DNA of 64,000 bases from Candidatus Wolfebacteria bacterium GW2011_GWE2_44_13 (GCA_001000675.1 LCHW01000002.1:5310-69309); one strand, 5' to 3'; shown: positions 17,994-28,077, numbered from the stretch's first letter. Translations and numbers: made by a program. The notes: generated from the letters alone by a model not told the origin.

Positions 17994-19484
17994 ATGCGTA
18001 TCCACGAATCCGTATTCTGGGGAATCGTGTTTTTTCTTGTTGGTACTTTTCTTGCACCCTCAATGCGGCTTATCGGAATAACTATTTTAGTGGGAGTCTT
18101 CGCGCTTGCGCTAGGATTATTTGCATATCGAAAAAAGAATAAGCGCATGCTGTGGTTCGCGATACTTGCAACGGGCACTATTTTCGGTGCAATGTATTGG
18201 ACTGGGTTTAATGTATATCAAAAAAATAAAATAATTGAGTTGATTGGGGATAAAGGCGCAATAGAGGGGCATGTAAAATCGGTAAAGCGAAATGAAAAAA
18301 GCCAACAGCTTATTATAAGCATCGACGCACAAAACAACGGAAAAGTTTCAGTCACCGCTCGGCCATATCCAGTGTTGCGCTACGGAGATGCAGTACGTGT
18401 TAACGGAATAGTAAAAAGGCCGAGCGAAAAAGAGAAAATGTATGCATTGAAAAACGGAGTGTTTGCGACGATGCAATTTCCCGAAGTGCAGATACTAAAG
18501 CAGGGTGATGGCAATGCAATAATGATGTGGCTATTGGGCGTAAAACAAAAAGCAGTTACAACATACGGGCGACTATTGCCCACAAAAGAAGCTGCGCTGT
18601 TGGCAGGTATTACGCTTGGCGAGCGCGCAGAGTTTAGTGTGGAGTTTAAACAGCAGATGGCAAATAGCGGAACAACGCACCTTGTCGCACTGTCGGGATA
18701 TAACATAAGTGTGGTTGCAGGAGCGGTATTGCTCATATGTGGGCTTATATTGCGCCGCAGGGCGGCGTTTTATGCAACATTGGTAGTAGTTGTGGCTTTT
18801 GTCGTTATGGCGGGCGCTGAAGCGTCTGTGGTCCGTGCAGCAATTATGGGAAGTATTGTGTTGTTAGCTGGATATATCGGACAGGCGCACAGCATGCGAA
18901 ATGCAATTGCGGTAAGCGCCTGCGCGATGGTGCTGTGGAATCCGAATGTCTTGCGGTATGATCTTGGGTTTCAACTTTCCTTTCTCGCACTTTTGGGAAT
19001 TGTATATCTAAAGCCACATCTCGATGCAATTATTAAAAATAAAAAAGCTGGCATTCTTGAATGGCGTGAAAATCTTTCAGGGACATTGTCCGCGCAGATA
19101 ATGGTGTTTCCAATATTAATGCATGCAATTGGATCGTTCTCACTTGTATCGCTACTTTCTAATATAGTAATCCTCGCCTTTATTCCTGTGACAATGGGGC
19201 TCGGATTTGCAATCGCAGGGCTCGGATTTTTTGCGAGTTCATTAGCATTTATTCCCGCATGGATTGTTTCGTTATTATTGCAGTATGAGATTGCGGTGAT
19301 AGAACTATTCGGAAATTATGAGGGCTTATCAATACCCATGAATCCGATTTGGATATTTGTATACTATATAATGGTTGGAGGAATACTATCCTATTTGCAG
19401 AAGCGGAAAAAGGAGGTAGCGCTATGTCATTCCCGCGGAGGCGGGAATCCAGTACAACCGTCTGCCGAAGGCGGTATAAAATGA
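17994..19484 (+). CDS. comEC: ComEC/Rec2 competence protein, membrane/OB part
   Basis: SGTTHLVALSGYNI, SVVRAAIM, DLGFQLSFLA. Confidence 0.92.
   Translation: MRIHESVFWGIVFFLVGTFLAPSMRLIGITILVGVFALALGLFAYRKKNKRMLWFAILATGTIFGAMYWTGFNVYQKNKIIELIGDKGAIEGHVKSVKRNEKSQQLIISIDAQNNGKVSVTARPYPVLRYGDAVRVNGIVKRPSEKEKMYALKNGVFATMQFPEVQILKQGDGNAIMMWLLGVKQKAVTTYGRLLPTKEAALLAGITLGERAEFSVEFKQQMANSGTTHLVALSGYNISVVAGAVLLICGLILRRRAAFYATLVVVVAFVVMAGAEASVVRAAIMGSIVLLAGYIGQAHSMRNAIAVSACAMVLWNPNVLRYDLGFQLSFLALLGIVYLKPHLDAIIKNKKAGILEWRENLSGTLSAQIMVFPILMHAIGSFSLVSLLSNIVILAFIPVTMGLGFAIAGLGFFASSLAFIPAWIVSLLLQYEIAVIELFGNYEGLSIPMNPIWIFVYYIMVGGILSYLQKRKKEVALCHSRGGGNPVQPSAEGGIK
19425..19452. repeat. dRS3-like repeat inside the comEC 3' end
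   Basis: TGTCATTCCCGCGGAGGCGGGAATCCAG translated in frame as CHSRGGGNP. Confidence 0.9.
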
Positions 19485-19485
19485 T

Positions 19486-20337
19486 ATGAAAAAACATTTC
19501 ACGATAATAATCTTCATACTCGTTGTCCTCGACCTCGTCGCCTGGGGGAGTATTTTATTCGACGAATTCGGCAAACAACTTGAACTCTATTTTTTTGATG
19601 TCGGGCAAGGAGATAGCGAAATGATTGTTATGCCAGGGAATGTAAAGTTGCTTATGGATGGAGGGCCGGATAATAGCAAGGCAGTGCAGCAACTAGACGC
19701 AGTTGTCCCGTGGCACGATCGATATATCGATATGGTTATGATTTCACATGCAGAGCTCGATCATTTTGGCGGGCTACTTGATGTACTTGAGCGATATGAA
19801 GTCGGAGTATTTATATACAATGGTGAAGGAAGCGATTCGGAAAGTTTTAAGGAGCTAGCGCGAGTCATAAAGGAACAAAAAATTCCCGTAGTTATTATGG
19901 AAGAGGGCGATAGTATTAGTTATTCGAACAACATACTTAAAATACTTTCGGAGAATAGTGATGCAAATAAAGGTGATAAAAATGAATCAGCAATCGTGGC
20001 AAAGTTTGAGGGTGGGGGAATATCGACCCTATTTACAGGAGACATAGGGAAGCCTACTGAACAATGGCTTACGCAAAATAAAAACATCCAAGCGGATATT
20101 ATAAAGATCCCACATCACGGATCAAAATTTTCCTCGACGCAAGAATTTTTAAAAGCAGTGCGCCCAAAGGTGGCTGTTATAGAAGTAGGTAAGAATTCGT
20201 ATGGGCACCCAACAAAAGACGTACTCGACCGCATTAAGAATGCGGGCGCACAGCTTTTCCGCACCGACACTGACGGCATGGTAAGGTTGGTAATAGAAAA
20301 CGGAATAATTAAGCAGTACAAGGAGAGGGAGAAGTAA
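19486..20337 (+). CDS. ComEC-associated MBL-fold nuclease domain (split ComEC)
   Basis: FDVGQGDS, SHAELDHFGG, TGD, PHHGS, NSYGHP. Confidence 0.92.
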   Translation: MKKHFTIIIFILVVLDLVAWGSILFDEFGKQLELYFFDVGQGDSEMIVMPGNVKLLMDGGPDNSKAVQQLDAVVPWHDRYIDMVMISHAELDHFGGLLDVLERYEVGVFIYNGEGSDSESFKELARVIKEQKIPVVIMEEGDSISYSNNILKILSENSDANKGDKNESAIVAKFEGGGISTLFTGDIGKPTEQWLTQNKNIQADIIKIPHHGSKFSSTQEFLKAVRPKVAVIEVGKNSYGHPTKDVLDRIKNAGAQLFRTDTDGMVRLVIENGIIKQYKEREK

Positions 20338-20418
20338 AGAGGTTGACAAATAGGGATAATGTGGTATCGTATGTTCAGCAACTATCAACAGGGAGCTACG
20401 AGCTCCCATGGAGGAAAA

Positions 20419-20823
20419 ATGAAAAAGGAACAGCTGGAAAAGATTCTGGTCGCACTGGTTGCGGCACTCATCGCAAACGGCTACATTCGCGTCGACGGCT
20501 TGTGGTGCAAACCGGTTGGGGGTGCTGAGCATATCATCGCCAAGGCGCAGGGCGGCGAGCTCAGGAACCAAAGTAATAACGGCTGGGAGGCATTCGAGCT
20601 CCCCGACGGCAGTGTTTGGCTGCGGGTGGAAGATGTGGGAACGGCACATGCGCACCTGAGTGTACGTGCAGCTGCCGGTCCGCTGGGATTGGCTGGGGGC
20701 TGTCACGTCCCCCTTTCCAACGGCGAGCAGGTGTCGGCGCGGGACATCTTCCGGCGGGTCGTGAATCCTTCGTGGGTTCCCGAGTATCTTATGACGGAGG
20801 CAGCGCGCGCTGCCGGATTCTAA
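20419..20823 (+). CDS. Hypothetical protein
   Basis: TTGACA promoter at 20343, SD GGAGG before ATG 20419, GC-rich, terminator ~20846-20875. Confidence 0.75.
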   Translation: MKKEQLEKILVALVAALIANGYIRVDGLWCKPVGGAEHIIAKAQGGELRNQSNNGWEAFELPDGSVWLRVEDVGTAHAHLSVRAAAGPLGLAGGCHVPLSNGEQVSARDIFRRVVNPSWVPEYLMTEAARAAGF

Positions 20824-20877
20824 CGAACACTATTCCTTAAAGAACTGGGCCCAGATTTATCTGGGCTCATTTTTTAT

Positions 20878-20942
20878 CCCCAATGTAACGTCTTGCTTGC
20901 CTTGTCGAAGTTTTTAACGAAGACAGGCGATGTCGCTACATT
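20878..20942. repeat. Composite palindrome with nested 31-bp element, copy 1
   Basis: CCCCAATGTAACGTCTTGC[TTGCCTTGTCGAAGTTTTTAACGAAGACAGG]CGATGTCGCTACATT; near-identical copy at 25944. Confidence 0.9.
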
Positions 20943-20951
20943 AGAGTAAAT

Positions 20952-20981
20952 AAAAGTGCCCGTCGTACGACGGGCACTTTT
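20952..20981. terminator. Palindromic terminator (family A)
   Basis: AAAAGTGCCCGTCG-TA-CGACGGGCACTTTT; near-identical at 25201. Confidence 0.8.
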
Positions 20982-21718
20982 TAGTTTGCATCAGGTAAGC
21001 CATCCCACATGATCGAAAAGACCATTTTCATCATAGCGCTAATAGTTTGGCTCTCAATAACTACAGCCCAATGCTCTTTTTCGAATGAAACAATTAATAT
21101 TTTGTCGCCATAGATCTCAATATCGGTAACAAAATGTTTGCCCGATGGGAGTAGTTTAGTTTGGCGCAGAGATGTAGCATCGGAAGAGGTTATCTCCGAA
21201 GAAGATAATGCATTGCTGATAATAGCTCGATTCGCGATGCCTTTTTCAACTCTCTTACGTATATAGTTCACTATCCATTCGCGGCCTAAAAATAGCGATC
21301 CGCTTTCGTAAGAGGCAATACTCAGAATTTCCTTATGCGTCCCTTCGATTGTACTGCTATATACACTACGCACCTCCTCGAGCGTTTCATAGAAGCGAAT
21401 TTTTGGTTTACCAAGTTCCGCATTAGATATACCGCGCAACTCGGGCAATATCTTCTCTAAGAGTGTTCGTTGGCGTTCAATAAGAGATCCAAGCGTCTCG
21501 GGGCTTGCTGCTATAAAAAGGCGCTTCTTTCCCTTTACGGTTTCCGTAAAAAGGTTTCGGGTTTTAAGATCCGAAATAATGCCATAAATAGTGCTGCGCT
21601 TGATGCCGGATTTTTTTGCAATATCTTGAATAGCGCAAGGGCCGAGTTCAAGGGAAGCTAGGTAAATACTGGCTTCTTTGTCATCCAAGCCGAGTTGTAA
21701 TAAGGATTCTTTAAGCAT
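20981..21718 (-). CDS. TrmB-family transcriptional regulator (module 1)
   Basis: LGL..KEA.IYLA.LELG, IKRSTIY HTH, KPKIRFYE linker, effector domain ..F..MW. Confidence 0.92.
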   Translation of the reverse strand: MLKESLLQLGLDDKEASIYLASLELGPCAIQDIAKKSGIKRSTIYGIISDLKTRNLFTETVKGKKRLFIAASPETLGSLIERQRTLLEKILPELRGISNAELGKPKIRFYETLEEVRSVYSSTIEGTHKEILSIASYESGSLFLGREWIVNYIRKRVEKGIANRAIISNALSSSEITSSDATSLRQTKLLPSGKHFVTDIEIYGDKILIVSFEKEHWAVVIESQTISAMMKMVFSIMWDGLPDAN

Positions 21719-21728
21719 ATGTATAAAA

Positions 21729-21745
21729 TGTCGATGTTTTCGACA
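21729..21745. promoter_or_regulatory. Putative TrmB operator, module 1
   Basis: TGTCGA-tgttt-TCGACA just downstream of the regulator -10 (TTGACT-17-TATGAT); related site 21804-21820 overlaps the SBP -35. Confidence 0.65.
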
Positions 21746-21896
21746 ACATTTATATCATAATGTATCAGTGTTATAAAGTCAATATAGAAATAATATAAAA
21801 TTATGCCGAAACTATTGACAAACATAAAACATATGCTACTATGCAATTAAAGTAAAAAGTAGTCAATTTTTACAAAAATAAAGCAATATAAAAACA

Positions 21897-23021
21897 GTGA
21901 ATAAAATAACAAAAATAGTTTTAGTAGTTGGGGTAGTCGTTCTCGCGGTTGTCGGAGGATATACCGTGTATAATAAGCAGGGCGGAAGTGGTGAGCAAGG
22001 AATAATTATTGGCTCGGTACTGCCATTAACTGGGGATCTTGCTGCATACGGGGAGGGTTCGAGGAATGCTGCCATAATGGCAATAGAAGACGCAGGCATG
22101 AAGGAGAGGGTTAGGTTTATCGTAGAAGATGATAAAGGGTGCGACCCAGTGCTTGGAGTCGGAGCAGTGCAAAAATTAATTACTATAGACAAGGTGAGTG
22201 CGATATATGGACCGCTTTGCTCATCAGAAGCCCTTTCGGTGCTACCAATAACTGAAGCGGCCGGGATACCCGTTGTTTTATCGGGAGCCTCGTCAAAGAC
22301 ATTGACGGGGGCGGGTAACTACGTATTTAGGACTATAGCGTCTGATTCGGTGCGCGCCTACGCAGTTGCTAATTATGCATATGTAAAAGGGTTTAGAAAG
22401 GCGGCGTTCGTATTCGATAATAGTCAGGATGCAATAATTCAAGGGAAGAATGATGCCCAAGAAACCTTCGTGGGGGCAGGAGGAGAATCAGTGTCAGAAG
22501 AATCATTTGGAGGAAAGGATGTTGATTTCAAAGCACAGCTAAGCAAGATAAAGAGCTCGGGCGCAGATGTAGTGTTCGTTGGCGCTTTTCCTAAAACGTT
22601 GGCGCTTATCATAAAACAAGCGCGCGAGATGAAAATGAGCACACAATTTATCTCATTCGATGCGTCTGTGGATGTAAAAGAATTTTTCGTAATCGGAGGA
22701 AGCAATGTCGAGGGCGTTATTGCTCCTGCAATGGTAAAGCCGAATACGGAAGAAGCAAAGTCATTTGAAACGCGGTATAAAGCACGCTTCGGGGTAGATG
22801 CAACTATTTATGCAGCAGAGGGATATGATGCCATGGCGCTATTGCTCAAGGCAATCCAAAAGGAAGGATTGAGGGGTGATCAAATTAAAGCAGGATTACT
22901 AAAAATTGGTAATAATTACCAAGGAGCAAGCGGAATCATTACTTTTGACAGCAAAGGGGATGTTGTAAAACCGGCAGTTGTGAAGGTTGTAAAGAACGGA
23001 GTATTTGAAGAAGTAAAATAA
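21897..23021 (+). CDS. LivJ/K-family ABC substrate-binding protein (SBP1)
   Basis: TM anchor, IG.VLPLTG, EDDKGC, GPLCSS, FRTI, YDA, FD..GD. Confidence 0.93.
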   Translation: MNKITKIVLVVGVVVLAVVGGYTVYNKQGGSGEQGIIIGSVLPLTGDLAAYGEGSRNAAIMAIEDAGMKERVRFIVEDDKGCDPVLGVGAVQKLITIDKVSAIYGPLCSSEALSVLPITEAAGIPVVLSGASSKTLTGAGNYVFRTIASDSVRAYAVANYAYVKGFRKAAFVFDNSQDAIIQGKNDAQETFVGAGGESVSEESFGGKDVDFKAQLSKIKSSGADVVFVGAFPKTLALIIKQAREMKMSTQFISFDASVDVKEFFVIGGSNVEGVIAPAMVKPNTEEAKSFETRYKARFGVDATIYAAEGYDAMALLLKAIQKEGLRGDQIKAGLLKIGNNYQGASGIITFDSKGDVVKPAVVKVVKNGVFEEVK

Positions 23022-23026
23022 AATCT

Positions 23027-23074
23027 AAAACACCCCTGTTCGTCCGCCGATTGGCGGACGAACAGGGGTGTTTT
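23027..23074. terminator. Bidirectional terminator with nested TCCGCC..GGCGGA
   Basis: AAAACACCCCTGTTCG-TCCGCCGATTGGCGGA-CGAACAGGGGTGTTTT. Confidence 0.8.
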
Positions 23075-23075
23075 T

Positions 23076-23810
23076 TTAATCTAACCGTTCCCACATAAAA
23101 TTGAAAAATATTTTAAGAGTGCTGATAATTGTCTCACTCTCGATAACAAGCGCCCATTTTTCTTTTTTCAATGATGTGATGAAGATTTTATTCGTACTAG
23201 GGTAGATCTCGATATTTGCCCAAAAAGGATTTTCTCCGGGGAAGATTCGCATTTCTCGGAACTCTTCCTTGTTTCTGGAATACACATCGCGAGAGGAGGC
23301 ATGTTCGTTCGCGATAACTTTGATAGGAATTTTTTTAGAGAGCCTTTTGGAAACGTATTCTTGTGTCCAGTCCCAGCCCATTACCTGAGTGAATTCATCG
23401 ATGTCGAGGAAGGCAAATATTTCTTTTGGGCCTTCATCAAGCAAGGAAAGGTGAATTTGTTTAATTTCTGGAAGTGTCTCAAAAAATCGTATCTTCGGCC
23501 TACCTGCTTCAATGTTAAACAAACCCTTTAGCTCCGGCATAATCTTGTCTAAGGCAGCCTGTTGGCGGACAAGAAGTCCCTTAAGCTCTTCCGGATCAGT
23601 AGCTACAAAAAGACGCTTTCGGCCACTAATAGTTTCTGAGATAAGGTTTTTGGATTTTAACTCGGAAAGGAACGTGTAGATAGTGCTTCTATTTACCCCT
23701 GACTTTTTGGAAATGTTTTGAATAGAAGAAGGGCCGAGCGACAAAGCGGCGAGGTAAATACTCGCTTCTTTTTCGTCGAGGCCTAATTGTAATAAGGTTT
23801 TTTCGAGCAT
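23076..23810 (-). CDS. TrmB-family regulator (module 2)
   Basis: Same architecture; VNRSTIY helix. Confidence 0.92.
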   Translation of the reverse strand: MLEKTLLQLGLDEKEASIYLAALSLGPSSIQNISKKSGVNRSTIYTFLSELKSKNLISETISGRKRLFVATDPEELKGLLVRQQAALDKIMPELKGLFNIEAGRPKIRFFETLPEIKQIHLSLLDEGPKEIFAFLDIDEFTQVMGWDWTQEYVSKRLSKKIPIKVIANEHASSRDVYSRNKEEFREMRIFPGENPFWANIEIYPSTNKIFITSLKKEKWALVIESETIISTLKIFFNFMWERLD

Positions 23811-23820
23811 AGGTATAAAA

Positions 23821-23837
23821 TGTTGATATTTATAACA
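23821..23837. promoter_or_regulatory. Putative TrmB operator, module 2
   Basis: TGTT-gatatttat-AACA at the same position as in module 1; second site 23896-23912 over the SBP -35. Confidence 0.6.
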
Positions 23838-24059
23838 ACAATTTAAGTATACATAAGTATATATAGAGCTGTCAATACGTATCTAAAAATAAAACTGTTG
23901 AAACTATTGACAAATATAGAAACAGGGGATAAAATGACATAAAAATCAAAAGTCGTCAAAAAAGAGGACGAGCAAATGGAATATGTATATGGGTGGCTGG
24001 TTAAATTGCAATCAACGAAGCCGCTCACATATTGGTCCAGTTCACTATGTCCTCCTAAT

Positions 24060-25169
24060 GTGCATACTACAATAAAAAATATAATAGGTATAGGTATTGT
24101 CGTTGGGGTTGTTTTGGGCGGTATTGGTTTGTATAAAAACAGCCAAGGAAATTCAGGAGAGGTGGTTAAAATCGGGGTAGCGCTTCCATTAACCGGAGAA
24201 AACAGTATCTACGGAGAATCGGGAAAACGAGGAGCTGAGCTTGCGGCTGAAAAGGCAAATAAGGAAAATAGCACAAAGATTGAGCTTGTGTTTGAGGACG
24301 ATCAAATGGACCCAAAACGAACGGTCTCTGTGGTGCAAAAAATGCTAACAGTCGATAAGGTGAGCGGGCTTGTTTCGATGAGTAGCGGCCAAGCATTGGC
24401 AGCTTGTCCTTTAGCAGAGCAGGCTAAAGTAATCGCTGTGACTACAGGAAGTGCTCCGTCCATTTCGAATTGCGGAGAATACACATTTCGCATGTTTCCT
24501 TCTGATATAAATCAGGCAAAAGAAATGGCTAAGCTTCTCACGGGGAAAGGATTTAAACGGGTTGCTGTCATCTATATCAATAATGATTACGGGAAAGGTC
24601 TTGTCGAGGAGTTTAAAAAAGAATTCCAAGGAGACATTGTGGCAATCGAATCTCATGGTGCTAAAGAATCAAATTTCAGAAGTCAGCTGGCAAAAATAAA
24701 AGGAGCAAATCCTGATGTAATAGTTGCCTTCTCGTATATTCCCGAAGGGTACAGCTTGTTGAAGCAAAAAATAGAGATGCGCATGGCTCAGCCAATATTT
24801 ACTTCCGAAGGATTTAAAGACGAGAGCTTATTTGCAAATGTGGCGACAAAAGCACTGGAAAGTCTGCGTATTATTTTTGTAGCGCAGTTTAGCGGAAAGG
24901 AAACGCAAACGTATAAAGCGCGGCATGTAGAAAAATACGGGCAAGACCCGGGGATCTATTCCGATTTTATATACGATGGCGTTTTAGCAATAGCCGCTGC
25001 TATGCAAGAGTGTGCGAGCGATGATCGCGGGTGTATAAAAGATGCAATGTATCGAACAAATTTTGAAGGAGCTACTGGAATAATTAGTTTCGATGCGAAC
25101 GGCGATATAAAAGATAAGCCCTACCAGCTATATAAAGTTGAAAATGGAAAATTTGTAGAGGCTCAATAA
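24060..25169 (+). CDS. LivJ/K-family SBP (SBP2)
   Basis: KIGVALPLTG, EDDQ, FR..PSD, YG.G; start GTG 24060 or ATG 23976. Confidence 0.9.
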   Translation: MHTTIKNIIGIGIVVGVVLGGIGLYKNSQGNSGEVVKIGVALPLTGENSIYGESGKRGAELAAEKANKENSTKIELVFEDDQMDPKRTVSVVQKMLTVDKVSGLVSMSSGQALAACPLAEQAKVIAVTTGSAPSISNCGEYTFRMFPSDINQAKEMAKLLTGKGFKRVAVIYINNDYGKGLVEEFKKEFQGDIVAIESHGAKESNFRSQLAKIKGANPDVIVAFSYIPEGYSLLKQKIEMRMAQPIFTSEGFKDESLFANVATKALESLRIIFVAQFSGKETQTYKARHVEKYGQDPGIYSDFIYDGVLAIAAAMQECASDDRGCIKDAMYRTNFEGATGIISFDANGDIKDKPYQLYKVENGKFVEAQ

Positions 25170-25200
25170 CTCATATAACAATTTGCGATGTTGTTGTAAT

Positions 25201-25229
25201 AAAAGTGCCCGTCGAACGACGGGCATTTT
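25201..25229. terminator. Palindromic terminator (family A)
   Basis: AAAAGTGCCCGTCG-AA-CGACGGGCATTTT. Confidence 0.75.
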
Positions 25230-25235
25230 GCACAA

Positions 25236-25823
25236 TCAGGATAGCTCGATGCGAAACATCAGAGCGAGTAATATACCGACAAGGATGCATGCACGTATTG
25301 CATAAACAGGTGCAAGCGGGTCTACTCGCCGGTTTCTCCACGACATACAGAGAGCGATAGACGATGTTACGAGGGCAGTCCCCCACAGGACAAAGGACTC
25401 AGAATTCTGCGTAGCGGACCACAAAGACCTGATCATCGGAAAGTATCCTACAATCATAAGCCCTTGTAGAAGTAGGTTTGCCGTAGTGTGACCAGCAAAC
25501 ATCCAAATAACGACGATACCGCCAGCTGAGAAAAGGCAGTATTGGTCGAACGTGCTAAGCTCGAGTCGACTTCCTTGGAGTGTAAGTACGACGATGACAG
25601 CAAGGGTTGCAAGCACATCGGCAATATTTGCCAAGTTATTGGTTGCGTTATGTTTGCCGGCCGAGGCGAAGTACGACACAAGACTCAGGATTGATCCAAT
25701 AAGGAAGATTACCCATGAAGCAAGTCTTGGCTGCACGACGCCAGATAGCACTTGCTGGCAGTAGATAAACATTGTTACTGCGGACAAGGCAGTAAATAGT
25801 ACGACTAACAAAGCGCGCCGCAT
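25236..25823 (-). CDS. Hypothetical multi-pass membrane protein (PQ-loop-like duplication)
   Basis: About 7 TMs, P..ASW and P....W....ES...W; promoter TTGACA-17-CATATT, SD AAGGAGG. Confidence 0.75.
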   Translation of the reverse strand: MRRALLVVLFTALSAVTMFIYCQQVLSGVVQPRLASWVIFLIGSILSLVSYFASAGKHNATNNLANIADVLATLAVIVVLTLQGSRLELSTFDQYCLFSAGGIVVIWMFAGHTTANLLLQGLMIVGYFPMIRSLWSATQNSESFVLWGTALVTSSIALCMSWRNRRVDPLAPVYAIRACILVGILLALMFRIELS

Positions 25824-25943
25824 GGGGCCTCCTTTTGCGAGAGTAAGATAGTAAGAACTGAATGTAATATGAAATATTTTTTAACAAGTGTCAAATAAAT
25901 TAATAAAAATAAGCCTCGATGCAATCGGGGCTTATTTTTTATT

Positions 25944-26007
25944 CCCAATGTAACGTCTTGCTTGCCTTGTCGAAGTTTTTAACGAAGACAGGCGATGACG
26001 TTACATT
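25944..26007. repeat. Composite palindrome with nested 31-bp element, copy 2
   Basis: CCCAATGTAACGTCTTGC[...]CGATGACGTTACATT. Confidence 0.9.
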
Positions 26008-26109
26008 CTCTGTATTTCAAGGGCAGTATCCGCACTGCCCTTGTGTTTTTTTGCCAGAACTTTACAATTAAGCTAATTAATTAAGATATTGCAAAACAGT
26101 ATTTATTGT

Positions 26110-27252
26110 ATGGATACACAGCAAGCAGCGGGAATAGGTGGAAAGAAAATCGCATTGTGGGCGGTGATTGCATTAGTGGTAATCGGAGGCGGTTGGATGG
26201 TAATAAAAAAGCCATCGCAGGTAAACGCAGAACCAATTAAAATAGGGTTCATCGCGCCGCTGACGGGAGATGCTGGCAGCTACGGCGTAAATGCCAAGGC
26301 AGCGGCAGAACTTGCAGTAGAAGAAATAAATAGTATGGGAGGAATTAACGGAAGGACTATTCAGCTAATTGCAGAAGATGGAAAGTGTACCGGAAAAGAC
26401 GCAAGCTCCGCGGCAAATAAATTGATAAATATCGACAAGGTAACGGCCATTGTCGGAGGGTTTTGCTCAGGCGAAACAATGGCATTTACTGACCTAGCAG
26501 AACAGACAAAAACCATCGTAATTTCCGAAGCTTCGTCAAACCCGGCAATTACAAATGCCGGAGACTATATATTTAGAGACTATGCATCTGATACGGCACA
26601 GGGAAAAGCTGCAGCAGAATTTATCTATAACAAGCTAGGTAAAAAGAAGGTTGCTGTGTTGTACGTAAATATCGATTGGGGCAAAGGGGTAAAGGATGTA
26701 TTTATCAGTGAGTATAAGAAGCTAGGAGGGGAAATAGTTATAGAAGAAAGTTATACGCAGGGAAGCAGGGATATGCGGTCGCAACTCGCTAAAGTTAAGC
26801 AGTCTAACCCTGATGTTTTGTATTTCCTGAGCTTTACGGATGATGCGGTTATTGGGCTAAAGCAGGCAAAGACCCTCGGCCTAAATCTTCCTATTGTCGG
26901 AGGAGATGCGTTTGATGGGCCTCAGTTTTATTCAGATCCAATAGCGGATGGAATTATGTACGTGGCATCCCTCGTACCCTCAAATGAAGCTTTTGAAGCA
27001 AAAATGGCTACCAAAACGGGGAGTGATGTGATAAATGCCGGCGCTCCTCAGGCATACGACGCAGTCAAGATACTGGGTGATGTTATGCGAAAGGTAGGAA
27101 CAAATACAGAGCTAATAAAAAATGCCTTGTACGAAGTGAAGGATTATCAAGGGGTTTCGGGTACTATCGGGTTTGATAGTAATGGAGACCTTGCAACGCC
27201 AAACTTAATTATTAAATTGATTAAGGATGGAAAAGCAGAACAATTGAAATAA
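26110..27252 (+). CDS. LivJ/K-family SBP (SBP3, no adjacent divergent regulator)
   Basis: IKIGFIAPLTG, GGINGR, EDGKC, GGFCSG. Confidence 0.93.
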   Translation: MDTQQAAGIGGKKIALWAVIALVVIGGGWMVIKKPSQVNAEPIKIGFIAPLTGDAGSYGVNAKAAAELAVEEINSMGGINGRTIQLIAEDGKCTGKDASSAANKLINIDKVTAIVGGFCSGETMAFTDLAEQTKTIVISEASSNPAITNAGDYIFRDYASDTAQGKAAAEFIYNKLGKKKVAVLYVNIDWGKGVKDVFISEYKKLGGEIVIEESYTQGSRDMRSQLAKVKQSNPDVLYFLSFTDDAVIGLKQAKTLGLNLPIVGGDAFDGPQFYSDPIADGIMYVASLVPSNEAFEAKMATKTGSDVINAGAPQAYDAVKILGDVMRKVGTNTELIKNALYEVKDYQGVSGTIGFDSNGDLATPNLIIKLIKDGKAEQLK

Positions 27253-27259
27253 ACCCTTT

Positions 27260-27298
27260 AAAACCACCCGTTCGCCATCTGGCGAACGGGTGGTTTTT
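27260..27298. terminator. Bidirectional terminator (family B)
   Basis: AAAACCACCCGTTCGCCA-tc-TGGCGAACGGGTGGTTTT; identical at ~29351-29390. Confidence 0.85.
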
Positions 27299-27311
27299 TA
27301 ATTGAGCCGCT

Positions 27312-28055
27312 TCATTTCAAAAACTTCCACAGCAATTCAAACGACATACGGTGGAGCTGGTGGATCTCGGGGCTTTCGATAATAACCCCCATGAAGTTTT
27401 CCTTGAACGAAATAAGAGCGACCTTATTCGCATAAATTTCGGCATCTGCAATAAAAGGGAAATCTTTACCGGGTACGATCTTTATCTCGCGGAGTTCTTT
27501 TACGTCATTTTTTTGCCACTCACGCGCAAGGGGGGAGTCGGGAGCGATAACTTTGATTCGAATTTTCTTTGCGACACGTTGACGGATATAATCGTTCGAA
27601 AATTCTTCAGGGACTAATTTGTCGAAATCGGTGAGACCGGCATAGTCGAGTATGGTATCCCCTGAATTACACGAAGTGAGCGTATCGGCAAATAGTTCCC
27701 TTGCACCACCGAGACCCTCAAAGTAGGTAATTTTAGGCTTGCTAGGGAGAATGCTTTGGAGTGCTGCAAATTGTGGTAGAGCGCGTTCGAGGCGCTGGAT
27801 CTTCATATCAAGCCCCGTCTTAAGAGATCGGGGGTCGTCAATATAAAAAAAGCGCTTCGATTTTCTGCTTCCAGCCTGGACAACGCCATCCGCCATAAGC
27901 TCGGGGATAAGATTGTATACTGTGGTTCGCTTAATGCCGGTTTTACGGGAAATATCCAGTATAGAGGCTTCTCCGAGTTCTAAAATAGCCAAGTAAATCT
28001 TGGATTTTTTAGGGCTGTAGCCAATGTTTTCGAGGAGATCTTCTAGTCTATTCAT
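27312..28055 (-). CDS. TrmB-family regulator (paired with SBP4)
   Basis: IKRTTVY HTH, KPKITYFEG..G. Confidence 0.92.
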   Translation of the reverse strand: MNRLEDLLENIGYSPKKSKIYLAILELGEASILDISRKTGIKRTTVYNLIPELMADGVVQAGSRKSKRFFYIDDPRSLKTGLDMKIQRLERALPQFAALQSILPSKPKITYFEGLGGARELFADTLTSCNSGDTILDYAGLTDFDKLVPEEFSNDYIRQRVAKKIRIKVIAPDSPLAREWQKNDVKELREIKIVPGKDFPFIADAEIYANKVALISFKENFMGVIIESPEIHQLHRMSFELLWKFLK

Positions 28056-28059
28056 AATA

Positions 28060-28077
28060 TGTCTACCATTTTAGACA
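28060..28077. promoter_or_regulatory. Putative TrmB operator
   Basis: TGTCTA-ccattt-TAGACA downstream of TTGACT-18-TATAAT on the minus strand. Confidence 0.65.

Noticed and set aside
17994-20337. Frameshifted comEC
   Set aside because: The second ORF has its own start and N-terminal TM, consistent with a natural two-gene ComEC.
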